Shown here: positions 1-7,848 of the stretch, in pieces | Layout: every line of letters begins with the position of its first letter | Numbering within the stretch: position 1 is the stretch's first letter | NCBI GenBank assembly: GCA_050309605.1 | Contig: JBNRMN010000046.1 | Location: 1-11,526, forward strand | Length of the DNA stretch: 11,526 nt | Origin: Anaerohalosphaeraceae bacterium | GTDB taxonomy: Bacteria > Planctomycetota > Phycisphaerae > Sedimentisphaerales > Anaerohalosphaeraceae | Reading direction: 5' to 3' | Notes under the pieces: generated by a model | The model's database searches: none | Seen by the model: only the letters and a program-made list of their open reading frames with translations | Told to the model about the DNA's origin: nothing | Program-made: the position numbers and the translations under genes

Positions 1-774
1 TATTATGCTCACGATCGGCTGGGCAGTGTGCGGCTGGTGGTTGTGCCGGAGTATGACCAGCAGCAACAAGCGTGGGTCGTCCGTGCGGCCAACAGCACTA
101 CCTATACGCCGTTCGGGCAGCTTTACGAGGGGCAGGCCGTCGAGACCCTCGCCAACCCCTGGAAGTTCACCGGCCAGTGGCACGACGTCGAAATCGACCA
201 ATACCACCTCCGCGCCCGCCAATACGACCCCGCCATGATGCGATTTACCAGCCGGGATCCGATTGTGGGAAAATCGAAACAGCCTTTGACATTACATAAA
301 TATATATATACAGCTAATGATCCTTTAAATCACGTAGATTTAACTGGTGAATCAATGGCAGCTATACTGGTTGAACCAATTATGGCAGGATATAGTGTAC
401 ATGGATTTGCTACCTCTGTTGTTGCACTTGGGGTAGCAAAAATGGATTGGGATATAATGAGCTTTGGAATTGAATTAGAAAAAACAATTCTACCCGTTAT
501 GGCGTTGTCGGTTGTAATGAGAAAAGGTTCATACAAGGACCCCTTTTATGAGGATTTTAAGCCGTATTTTGATGGTATGAACTCTAATCTAATGGGCGGT
601 GGCAGTGGAGGGAACTGGGGATGGCCAAAATGGGCTGCGTTAGCTGGTGGTGTCGCCTTGTTATCTGCTCAAATTCGTGGGTGCGATGATGTTTTGCGAG
701 GATTTAGAAAGTTTGACGAATTTCTTGACGATTTATTTGAACCAGAAAACTCAAGAATTACCCGTGACCCTTAA
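1..774 (+). CDS. Rhs repeat-associated core + C-terminal toxin tip (module 1, core type A); 5'-partial
   Basis: Frame 1 is open from base 1 (YYAHDRLGSVRLVV...). Rhs core motifs: YTPFG, NPWKFTGQWHD, YHLRARQYDP, RFTSRDP, LHKYIYTANDPLNHVDLTG. A hydrophobic/Gly-rich tip follows and GC drops after about 260. Confidence 0.92.
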   Translation, partial: YYAHDRLGSVRLVVVPEYDQQQQAWVVRAANSTTYTPFGQLYEGQAVETLANPWKFTGQWHDVEIDQYHLRARQYDPAMMRFTSRDPIVGKSKQPLTLHKYIYTANDPLNHVDLTGESMAAILVEPIMAGYSVHGFATSVVALGVAKMDWDIMSFGIELEKTILPVMALSVVMRKGSYKDPFYEDFKPYFDGMNSNLMGGGSGGNWGWPKWAALAGGVALLSAQIRGCDDVLRGFRKFDEFLDDLFEPENSRITRDP

Positions 775-785
775 AAGACGAAAAG

Positions 786-1790
786 ATGTGCTGCTTTTTC
801 ATAAAAATTCGACCTTGGCATATATTTTATCTTCCTTTTTGGTGGTACAATACCGTCTTGGATTGCGTTAAAACTTCTGTAATTGAGATGACAAGGAGTG
901 ATTCCAAAGGTACAGGCTTTTGGCACTATTCGATTCGCCTTGCTATCTGTTTACAGGATCGACGATTTATTGACAATGCTACAAGTCGAGTGTCATTTAA
1001 TTTATGGCCTCCAAATTGTCAATGGCAAGCCTTTTTTGATGTTGGGCTGGCTCTTTATGACTTAGGTTATAGAGATGAAGGGATTGATTATTTGGAACGC
1101 GCATTATCTATAAGTGATCAAATAGATTATTCATACATTAATTATCATCAATTGTGCTGCCGTTTGAATATGCGGAAAAATTGGGATAAGCGACTCGAAT
1201 ATGCTCAAAAATATGAAAAGCGGTTTCCCCAAAAAAATGAAATTGCAAAAATGATGCTTGCAAAATCTTATATTGATTTTAAAGAATTTGAAAAAGCCAA
1301 TAAAATTACCAATGAGCTAATCACAATCCATCCTAACTATAATATCTTTTTAGCTGATTTATATTATGCCAAAGGTGAATACCAGAAAGCTTCCAACTAT
1401 TTTGAAAAATATCAGCTACAAAATAGCCTATATGTTTGGTTTCCACAATACGACTACAAGGAAGCAGTCTCATATTATAAATCCGGTCAACCAATAAAAT
1501 GGCAGGATAAGGCGAAAAAGATGGGCAGGCGGTTGGCATGGGATAAATTTTATACACTCGATTATTTGGAAGACGAAGGAGTCGAGCGAATACCCGAGAT
1601 CGATCAAACCATTGAATGGTCGAGACAGAAAAAAAGACTCATCTATATAGATAAGTTGTCATTGTGCTTGCAAAGGCTGCCTTGGGTTTTGTGGAAAACT
1701 TATTTGATGTATCCCTACGAAGTATTGCTTCTTACGGCAGGTACTATTTTTTTTATAATGCTTATTCGTGCGTTCGTTTTATATCTGTAG
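786..1790 (+). CDS. Putative immunity protein; TPR-like helical repeats and a C-terminal hydrophobic segment
   Basis: 334-aa AT-rich ORF 11 nt after the toxin stop. TPR-like patterns (GLALYDLGYRDEGIDYLERALSI; LADLYYAKGEYQKASNYFEK) and C-terminal VLLLTAGTIFFIMLIRAFVLYL. Immunity role inferred from position. Confidence 0.72.
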   Translation: MCCFFIKIRPWHIFYLPFWWYNTVLDCVKTSVIEMTRSDSKGTGFWHYSIRLAICLQDRRFIDNATSRVSFNLWPPNCQWQAFFDVGLALYDLGYRDEGIDYLERALSISDQIDYSYINYHQLCCRLNMRKNWDKRLEYAQKYEKRFPQKNEIAKMMLAKSYIDFKEFEKANKITNELITIHPNYNIFLADLYYAKGEYQKASNYFEKYQLQNSLYVWFPQYDYKEAVSYYKSGQPIKWQDKAKKMGRRLAWDKFYTLDYLEDEGVERIPEIDQTIEWSRQKKRLIYIDKLSLCLQRLPWVLWKTYLMYPYEVLLLTAGTIFFIMLIRAFVLYL

Positions 1791-1798
1791 GCAGTTGC

Positions 1799-1930
1799 TC
1801 TTTGAAAAAATGATACGTTTACGCCGATGCGCAGGTTCTGTGTCAGCGGCATCACGAGCCGGTTGATCCGGACTTCTATGATGCGTCGTACACCGTTCAC
1901 GACCGGCTGGGCAGTGTGCGGCTGGTGGTT
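1799..1930 (+). pseudogene. Disrupted upstream part of Rhs core of module 2
   Basis: Frame 2 reads SLKK*YVYADAQVLCQRHHEPVDPDFYDASYTVHDRLGSVRLVV. It is near-identical to 3543-3673, is interrupted at 1931 by a palindromic insertion, and is out of frame with 2044..2712. Confidence 0.85.
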
Positions 1931-2032
1931 AAGCTCCCCGCCTTTTGAAGGAGGGGTGGCCGTAAGGCCGGGGTGGTTGATAATACCCCCTCCCCCCTTC
2001 GGGGTACTCCCCCTTTTCAAGGGGGAGAGCTT
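1931..2032. repeat. ~100-bp GC-rich double-hairpin element (REPIN/MITE-like) inserted in the Rhs core
   Basis: Ends AAGCTC...GAGCTT are inverted. Internal hairpins: CCCCGCCTT/AAGGAGGGG, GGCC-GTAA-GGCC, CCCC-TTC-GGGG, CTCCCCCTT/AAGGGGGAG. The element is absent from the paralogous cores at about 40-80 and about 3670-3700. Confidence 0.8.
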
Positions 2033-2043
2033 TCGAGAGGGCG

Positions 2044-2712
2044 GTGCGGGCGGCCAACAGCTACACCTATACGCCGTTCGGGCAGCTTTACGAGGGGCAG
2101 GCCGTCGAGACCATCGCCAACCCGTGGAAGTTCACCGGCCAGTGGCACGACGCCGAGATCGACCAATACCACCTCCGCGCCCGCCAATACGACCCGACGA
2201 TGATGCGCTTCACCAGCAGGGATCCGGTGAGAGGAGAACAAAACGAGCCGTTGACATTGCACAAATATCTTTATTGTTTGAACACTCCAATCAACCGTGT
2301 TGATCCGACTGGTGAAATAAGTGCGACCAGTCTGGCGAGTGCGGTAATTACTGGGTATTCATTATATGGTCATGGTGTTAGTCTTGCTGCTTATTCTGTT
2401 GAGACTGGAGATGAGCGGTTTTGGCAACTTGCAGAGTTAACGTTTAATTTTATACCTGTTGCGATAACAGTTGCATCATTTAATCCTTATGGTCCTGCGA
2501 CGAATCTAGCAACATTTGCTGCTGTACGTTTAAACCAGATGGCCTATGGATCTACCACAGGCATGTCTACGGTACAAGGATTAGCAGTAGATCCTTTAGC
2601 ATTTTTGCTATACCGTGGTGTTATGGGTACTGCGCAGAAATATATTGGTACTGATGCAAATGATATGCAAAACTTCATGAGTTGGATGGGAGTAGATTGG
2701 TTGGATAGATAG
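2044..2712 (+). CDS. Orphan Rhs core remnant + C-terminal toxin tip (module 2, type A)
   Basis: NPWKFTGQWHDAEIDQYHLRARQYDP...LHKYLYCLNTPINRVDPTG followed by a unique hydrophobic tip. The GTG start is internal to the core and may not be used. Confidence 0.88.
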   Translation: MRAANSYTYTPFGQLYEGQAVETIANPWKFTGQWHDAEIDQYHLRARQYDPTMMRFTSRDPVRGEQNEPLTLHKYLYCLNTPINRVDPTGEISATSLASAVITGYSLYGHGVSLAAYSVETGDERFWQLAELTFNFIPVAITVASFNPYGPATNLATFAAVRLNQMAYGSTTGMSTVQGLAVDPLAFLLYRGVMGTAQKYIGTDANDMQNFMSWMGVDWLDR

Positions 2713-2714
2713 AT

Positions 2715-3497
2715 ATGAAGAAAAAAACAATATTTATTGTATACTCACTAATACTTTTTGTTACCATTATCATTTTCGAAACCGTCGCGAAAAGATTAGA
2801 ACCGAAATGGGGTAACAATCCGATAGAACAGCTATCCGGAATGTATATTGCCGCTATTTTTTACTTGGGATATGTACTTTATTCATGGAAATCTGATTTG
2901 CCTGAATTCCTAAAAAGATTTTCTATTTCTGTCCCCTTTGGAATGATGTTTTCGGTCTTTATAATGGTATTAGGGTATGATATTTATTGGAGTACATTAG
3001 CGGGAATGTTTTGTTCTATACTGTTGCTTTTGAAGACAGCGAACTGGAAAAAGCACTTTTTTATTATCATAGTGTCCTCTTGTGTGTTCAGCATATTTGG
3101 AACCTTGTTTTTTAGCTATTCGGGCGAATTACAAGTAATTTCATTTGCGTATCAAGGATTTCTACTCCTATGTTTTGTGCTAACTTTTAGTTTTCTTCTG
3201 CTCTATCTGGCGAAAATAGTGAAAGAGGAAAGAATTCCTGATCTCAAAGTAATTTTTATCCGATCCTTAAAATTCAGCATCGCTCTCAGCCTGTTTTTTT
3301 TCGTATACCTTGTCTTGAATTTCTACGACCGATTATCATTACCTTTTTCGGTACAACTACCGGTGAATACTTTGCTTGCGATTTTGTTTATTGCAATTGC
3401 TTACAAATTTGATCTTTTCTTAATTGAACAAAAAAAATTGTCAGAAAATATTATCTTGAGAAAATGTAAAGGGTGTCTTACTCAAAAATCTATCTGA
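2715..3497 (+). CDS. Putative immunity protein, polytopic membrane protein
   Basis: 260 aa, starts 2 nt after the toxin stop, with roughly 8 hydrophobic segments. The last codons (CLTQKSI*) lie within the IS-end-like motif at 3474. Confidence 0.78.
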   Translation: MKKKTIFIVYSLILFVTIIIFETVAKRLEPKWGNNPIEQLSGMYIAAIFYLGYVLYSWKSDLPEFLKRFSISVPFGMMFSVFIMVLGYDIYWSTLAGMFCSILLLLKTANWKKHFFIIIVSSCVFSIFGTLFFSYSGELQVISFAYQGFLLLCFVLTFSFLLLYLAKIVKEERIPDLKVIFIRSLKFSIALSLFFFVYLVLNFYDRLSLPFSVQLPVNTLLAILFIAIAYKFDLFLIEQKKLSENIILRKCKGCLTQKSI

Positions 3498-3517
3498 CCG
3501 CTAATTCAAGTGATTTG
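3474..3517 (+). repeat. Degenerate copy of the integrase-element terminus
   Basis: TGTCTTACTCAAAAATCTATCTGACCGCTAATTCAAGTGATTTG versus 9072-9115: 35/44 identical, ungapped (counted by hand). Confidence 0.8.
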
Positions 3518-3556
3518 TGAGGCCAGGACAGATCATTTTTGCTCTTTGAAAAGTGA

Positions 3557-3697
3557 TACGTTTACGCCGATGCGCAGGTGCTGTGTCAGCGGCATCACGA
3601 CCCGGTTGATCCGAACTTCTATGATGCGTCGTATTACGTTCACGATCGGCTGGGCAGTGTGCGGCTGGTGGTGTGGTAAGATGACGGGACGCAAACG
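3557..3697 (+). pseudogene. Upstream part of Rhs core of module 3 with in-frame stop
   Basis: YVYADAQVLCQRHHDPVDPNFYDASYYVHDRLGSVRLVVW*DDGTQT, in frame with 3698..4441; TAA at 3677-3679. Confidence 0.85.
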
Positions 3698-4441
3698 GTG
3701 CGGGCGGCCAACAGCTATACCTATACGCCGTTCGGGCAGCTTTACGAGGGACAGTGGGGCGAGACCATCGCCAACCCGTGGAAATTCACCGGCCAGTGGC
3801 ACGATGCCGAGATCGATCAATACCACCTCCGCGCCCGCCAATACGACCCCACCATGATGCGCTTCACCAGCAGGGATCCGGTGAGAGGCTTTCGCGAAAA
3901 TCCATTGACGTTGCATAAATATCTGTATTGTCTTAATGAACCAATAAATAAAATTGATCCAAGTGGTAAGTTTTTTTCCGGTTTATGGGCGAGAACAAAG
4001 AATGCAGTTGCTTGTGCTGGTGCTAAAAAAACCGTCACAGAATCAGTCATATGGAGTGCGTCTGTAGCGAATGGTTTAACACAAGGCTGGATAAATGTGT
4101 TATTTGGTCCCAGTGATATATCCGATAAAGCAGCGTTTTGGGTTGGCTTTGCAGCAGGTTTTGGTGAAATGCAAATAGGATTACGTACGGGAAGTGCTAC
4201 ATTGGCCACAACAGCGGCATCCACCTTTACTGCTGCCGCAAATTCAGCACTATCCAAAAGTTCAGATTTCTTAACTCTTAGAAATGCGATTAGTATTGGG
4301 ATATCAGCATCTGTTGGTGGTTTTGGCGACTGGGCAAGCGATAGCGCTATTGATGCGGTCACGTTATGGGCCATTGGAGTTGATGCAGCCCTGTTTTCCG
4401 GGCTTGGTCAAATGGGTTATGATGAAGTTTATGGAAAATGA
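3698..4441 (+). CDS. Orphan Rhs core remnant + Gly/Ala/Ser-rich hydrophobic toxin tip (module 3, type A)
   Basis: Core near-identical to module 2 up to RDPVRG, then PINKIDPSG and a small-residue-rich hydrophobic tip. Confidence 0.88.
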   Translation: MRAANSYTYTPFGQLYEGQWGETIANPWKFTGQWHDAEIDQYHLRARQYDPTMMRFTSRDPVRGFRENPLTLHKYLYCLNEPINKIDPSGKFFSGLWARTKNAVACAGAKKTVTESVIWSASVANGLTQGWINVLFGPSDISDKAAFWVGFAAGFGEMQIGLRTGSATLATTAASTFTAAANSALSKSSDFLTLRNAISIGISASVGGFGDWASDSAIDAVTLWAIGVDAALFSGLGQMGYDEVYGK

Positions 4442-4998
4442 TTATGCAGGATAATAAGGAAATCATATTTAATAAAAGCTTTTGTGTTTTCTTTTCTATT
4501 GTATATGGGAGTCTTTTTAGCTTGGCCATATCGCTTTCATTGTATTTATTGTATTTATCTATAAAAAATTTCTCGCTTTCGGAAATCAGTTCTAAAGAAA
4601 TTATAGCCCTTGGGTTCGGGTTATGCCTGGCTTTCATTTTTCTAATGCTTGCCAAGTCCATGTTCACAGACTTATGGGCATGTATAAGACTGTGTGGAAT
4701 TCATATTTCTCTGCATAAAGGTGGGCTTACAATAAGAAAGGGTTCACAAGAGCTTATTATTGACAGAGAAGAATCAAATGTGTTGTATTGTATGACAGGT
4801 TGGCTCATAATATGGCCTTCAAATATGATTCTTTTACGAAAGGGGTTTTTGCTATGGCATGGTAAGACAATTATTCCTTACTTCAAAGAAAAGATGAATT
4901 ATCTTGAGACAACTAAAGAAAAAAAACAATTAATAAAATCACTTTCTATCAATACCAATAATCCGATAAGGTATATTAAATGGCCTGATACTATATAG
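4438..4998 (+). CDS. Putative immunity protein (2 N-terminal TM segments + soluble domain)
   Basis: ATGA overlap with the toxin stop (translational coupling); 186 aa, AT-rich. Confidence 0.78.
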   Translation: MIMQDNKEIIFNKSFCVFFSIVYGSLFSLAISLSLYLLYLSIKNFSLSEISSKEIIALGFGLCLAFIFLMLAKSMFTDLWACIRLCGIHISLHKGGLTIRKGSQELIIDREESNVLYCMTGWLIIWPSNMILLRKGFLLWHGKTIIPYFKEKMNYLETTKEKKQLIKSLSINTNNPIRYIKWPDTI

Positions 4999-5081
4999 GT
5001 TTGGAGTAGCCAGCCATTTGCATATAAAAAGAGTAAATTTAACTGTGACTGTTCCAGGTTTTTCTTGTTGAGATTACACAT

Positions 5082-5300
5082 ATGCAGCCACAAAGAAGCC
5101 ATATCAAAAAGAAAAAACAATGGAATGTAGTGGCATGGTGTGTTTTACTTTTCTTAATTGTTGGTGCTGTTGTAGAGAGTTGGACAGGCTCTGGTATTTT
5201 TGTTGCGGCAGCAATTGCATTTTTGGCAGGTGAAGTCATCGTGAGACTATACCAACTTCTTGTGATATTTACCAAGAGAAAACGCCGAAAATATGATTGA
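5082..5300 (+). CDS. Small 2-TM hypothetical protein (possible orphan immunity/accessory)
   Basis: 72 aa, two hydrophobic helices flanked by basic clusters (KKKK, KRKRRK), co-oriented with the array. Confidence 0.55.
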   Translation: MQPQRSHIKKKKQWNVVAWCVLLFLIVGAVVESWTGSGIFVAAAIAFLAGEVIVRLYQLLVIFTKRKRRKYD

Positions 5301-5309
5301 GATCGACCG

Positions 5310-5454
5310 TGTCCTCTGCAAAAATCCATCTGACGGCTGAATTGGGTGATTTGGCTCGACGAGAAAACAGGAATTCGATCTTTGGCAACTAAAGATTGAT
5401 GGATTCGGGGCAGATTCCGAAGGCTCGAAGTCTGGATTTGAAGCGAATTTTCGG
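5310..5454 (-). mobile_element. 145-bp remnant of the integrase-element terminus downstream of the ORF
   Basis: Ungapped direct repeat of 9072-9216 with 8 mismatches in 145 nt. It begins exactly at the terminal TGT and is fused at CGG to Rhs core sequence. Confidence 0.92.
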
Positions 5455-6334
5455 CCTCGGCTCGGTCGCGGCTCTTTCACAATGGAATACTGCTGGCTCA
5501 CAGGTCGAGATTGTTGAGCGGTATCGCTATGACGATGTCTTTGGGCGGACGACGGTGTGCGACGGCAGCGGCACGCCGCTGGCGGTGAACGCGTCCGCCT
5601 ACGGCAACCCCATCCTGTTCACCGGCCGCAGGCTCGACGCCGAAACCGGCCTGTACGACTACCGCCACCGCATGTACAGCCCCGACCTGGGCCGCTTTCT
5701 CCAGACCGACCCGCTCGGCTACATCGACGGCATGAACCTCTACGCCTACGTCAACAACAACCCACTGAATTGGATCGACCCTTATGGCTTAAGTCGATGG
5801 ACAAACTTTCTTGAGTGGTCAGCCTCCCGAATTGAGAGTTTTGAAAATACAGGTTTCGCCAGTTACACCAATGATGTCAGAGAAATGTTAATCGGTGAGG
5901 CTCAGGGTGTTGGCGATGTGGCCGTAGGTGTGTATAATATGGTGCGGCATCCTGTTGAGACCGTCAAGGGTACTGCATCTGCCACTGCCACTGCGATTGT
6001 CAGCCCTGTAGAAACAGCAAAGGCGATAGGGAAAAAGTTGGTATGTAAAGGTCAGCAGCTATTAGGCGATGACCCGCGAGCCGCAGGCCGGGTAGTCGGC
6101 CAAGCGGCAGGAACAGCGGCGGTAACCGCAATAGGCGCAAAAGCAGGTAATTTTATTCATAGAGGAAAAGAATTCAGTATTGGAAATAATTTCAGGGTTG
6201 CGCCATTTGGAAACAGAACAGGACATCCTGTTGGAAGATGGCCTCATTACCATCGAAGAATATACGGTCCTGATGGTACAACTGTTCCGGGCGGTAGCAT
6301 GAATTGGCATCGTCCTTGGGAGAAAGGATGGTAA
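5396..6334 (+). CDS. Orphan Rhs core remnant + toxin tip (module 4, core type B); Rhs homology starts at 5453
   Basis: GLGSVAALS...YGNPILFTGRRLDAETGLYDYRHRMYSPDLGRFLQTDPLGYIDGMNLYAYVNNNPLNWIDPYG. The tip has HPVET/SPVET segments and a basic His-rich end (PHYHRR...WHRPWE). The first 19 codons are borrowed from the IS remnant. Confidence 0.9.
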   Translation: MMDSGQIPKARSLDLKRIFGLGSVAALSQWNTAGSQVEIVERYRYDDVFGRTTVCDGSGTPLAVNASAYGNPILFTGRRLDAETGLYDYRHRMYSPDLGRFLQTDPLGYIDGMNLYAYVNNNPLNWIDPYGLSRWTNFLEWSASRIESFENTGFASYTNDVREMLIGEAQGVGDVAVGVYNMVRHPVETVKGTASATATAIVSPVETAKAIGKKLVCKGQQLLGDDPRAAGRVVGQAAGTAAVTAIGAKAGNFIHRGKEFSIGNNFRVAPFGNRTGHPVGRWPHYHRRIYGPDGTTVPGGSMNWHRPWEKGW

Positions 6335-6339
6335 TTGAT

Positions 6340-6756
6340 ATGTACACACGTCTGATATTTATTGCTGATAAGTTCGGTGAAGATATCGGTATCTTTGGAT
6401 CTATCGAAGACGCAGCAGCACATTTGGAAGCTGTTGATGTCAGAAATGAAGAATATGTCGGTTTTGATAGCGATGGGAAACTTTTGAAGATAGAAGCCGA
6501 TAATAATAGGGTTTTTATATACCCTTCAGAAGATGTGGCGACTCACATCAAAGACTTAAAAGAAAGGTTGATAACATATCTTGAAGCTGTTGGAGAAGAA
6601 CTTGACGAAAATGTTAAACTCAGCCTTCCTTGCCTTGTGGAAATTAGCTCAAAATATAAATATGCCTGTCAAAAACCATCTCATATCATTAAAATATCTT
6701 TTTGTCAACTTTTCAGAAAACTTCTGTATATGCTACGCATAAACGATGATGGGTGA
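6340..6756 (+). CDS. Putative soluble immunity protein
   Basis: ATG 5 nt after the toxin stop (alternative ATG at 6328). Acidic N-terminal two-thirds (SIEDAAAHLEAVDVRNEEYVGFDSDG), complementary in charge to the basic toxin end. Confidence 0.75.
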   Translation: MYTRLIFIADKFGEDIGIFGSIEDAAAHLEAVDVRNEEYVGFDSDGKLLKIEADNNRVFIYPSEDVATHIKDLKERLITYLEAVGEELDENVKLSLPCLVEISSKYKYACQKPSHIIKISFCQLFRKLLYMLRINDDG

Positions 6757-6787
6757 CCTCGGCGAGAATGCAAATTAATCAATCGAT

Positions 6788-6808
6788 AATTGTCAATAGT
6801 CAATTGAA
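6788..6808. repeat. Heptamer short tandem repeat
   Basis: AATTGTC AATAGTC AATTGAA. Confidence 0.55.
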
Positions 6809-6812
6809 AACC

Positions 6813-6838
6813 TGTTCTCTGCAAAAATACATCTGACG
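6813..6838 (+). repeat. Short copy of the integrase-element terminus
   Basis: TGTTCTCTGCAAAAATACATCTGACG: 24/26 identical to 5310-5335. Runs directly into Rhs-coding sequence. Confidence 0.85.
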
Positions 6839-6951
6839 ACGGGTGGGGCCTGCATGCGTATGATTATGACCCGTCCTACCAACTGACCGAAGCGGATTAC
6901 GCCTACGATTCCTTCGGGCGGCGGCTGTCCAGGACCGTCGCGGCTACCGGC

Positions 6952-7848
6952 GTGACGACGGCGTATGTCTATGACGGGGCGCATGTCGTCGCCGAGTATG
7001 AGGATTCGGGAAGTGGAGCTGTTTTGGCGAGAATGTACGTCTATGGCCCCGGCCTGGATGAGCCGATAATGATGCTTGACGTAATCGGTCAAAGTCGTTA
7101 CTTTTACACGTGTGACGGGCTGGGTTCCGTCACGGCTCTTTCAAATATGAATGGACAGATCGTCGAGCGCTACGCCTACGACGCCTTCGGCAAGACGCAG
7201 ATTCTGGCTCCGAACTACGAACTAAGAACTACGAGCTTATACGGCAACCCCATCCTGTTCACCGGCCGCAGGCTCGACGCCGAATCCGGCTTCTATGACT
7301 ACCGCTTCCGTATGTACAGCCCCGATCTGGGCCGCTTCCTCCAGCCCGACCCGCTGGGCTATATCGACGGCATGAACCTCTACGCCTACGTCAACAACAA
7401 CCCCCTCAACTGGATTGATCCGTGGGGGTTGTGCAAGACCAACGAACCGACAAGACTTATTGGTCCAGATGTGGCTAAAGTAGCAAGGGATTTCTACAAT
7501 GACAGACTTTATGATGATAGTGGATGGCTTCCTTATAATGATGAATGGATGAGTGCAGACACATGGTTTCATTATAATAGGGGACGATATAAGTATGCTG
7601 GTAAGGAATATTGTGCTACACAAGTAAACTATATTGGCGTGGGAATGAGAGCCGCTCATGTGGGATTGCCGAGAGGTATGCTTCATATATATGTTGTAGG
7701 GCATAACCGAAAGCATAACCGCAATTGGGCTACGAGAGGAGAGCATTTCTGGGCAAGCTGGGGTTACGATTATTATTTGCGAAACTATGAACCTGATGAT
7801 CGAAATACTGGAATGCATAAAAGGAAACACTATGGGCGTAAAAAATAG
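6952..7848 (+). CDS. Orphan Rhs core remnant + toxin tip (module 5, type B); Rhs homology extends upstream in frame to ~6835
   Basis: In-frame upstream DDGWGLHAYDYDPSYQLTEADYAYDSFGRRLSRT. Core motifs: YVYDG, YVYGPGLDEP, DGLGSV, FTGRRLD, NNNPLNWIDPWG. 7240-7421 is a close repeat of 5600-5781. Confidence 0.92.
   Translation: MTTAYVYDGAHVVAEYEDSGSGAVLARMYVYGPGLDEPIMMLDVIGQSRYFYTCDGLGSVTALSNMNGQIVERYAYDAFGKTQILAPNYELRTTSLYGNPILFTGRRLDAESGFYDYRFRMYSPDLGRFLQPDPLGYIDGMNLYAYVNNNPLNWIDPWGLCKTNEPTRLIGPDVAKVARDFYNDRLYDDSGWLPYNDEWMSADTWFHYNRGRYKYAGKEYCATQVNYIGVGMRAAHVGLPRGMLHIYVVGHNRKHNRNWATRGEHFWASWGYDYYLRNYEPDDRNTGMHKRKHYGRKK
7212..7232. repeat. In-frame heptamer tandem repeat inside Rhs core loop
   Basis: GAACTAC GAACTAA GAACTAC (encodes NYELRTT). 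Confidence 0.65.

Noticed and set aside
1811..1813. TGA recoding (alternative genetic code) to explain the shared TGA
   Set aside because: TGA acts as a stop elsewhere (ATGA coupling at 4438-4441; 5300; 6756), and the module 3 copy is also 1 nt shorter just upstream.
5..3916. Recurrent alternative-frame ORFs (5..238, 72..299, 1827..2303, 1973..2203, 2017..2262, 3510..3857, 3533..3916)
   Set aside because: They recur only because the GC-rich Rhs core DNA is repeated; there is no independent coding evidence.
5247..5501. - strand ORF similar to 9066..9299
   Set aside because: By-product of the duplicated IS tail; the two ORFs have unrelated starts and ends.
3474..6838. Classical integron attC sites
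   Set aside because: No RYYYAAC...GTTRRRY hairpin structure and no IntI tyrosine recombinase in the window.
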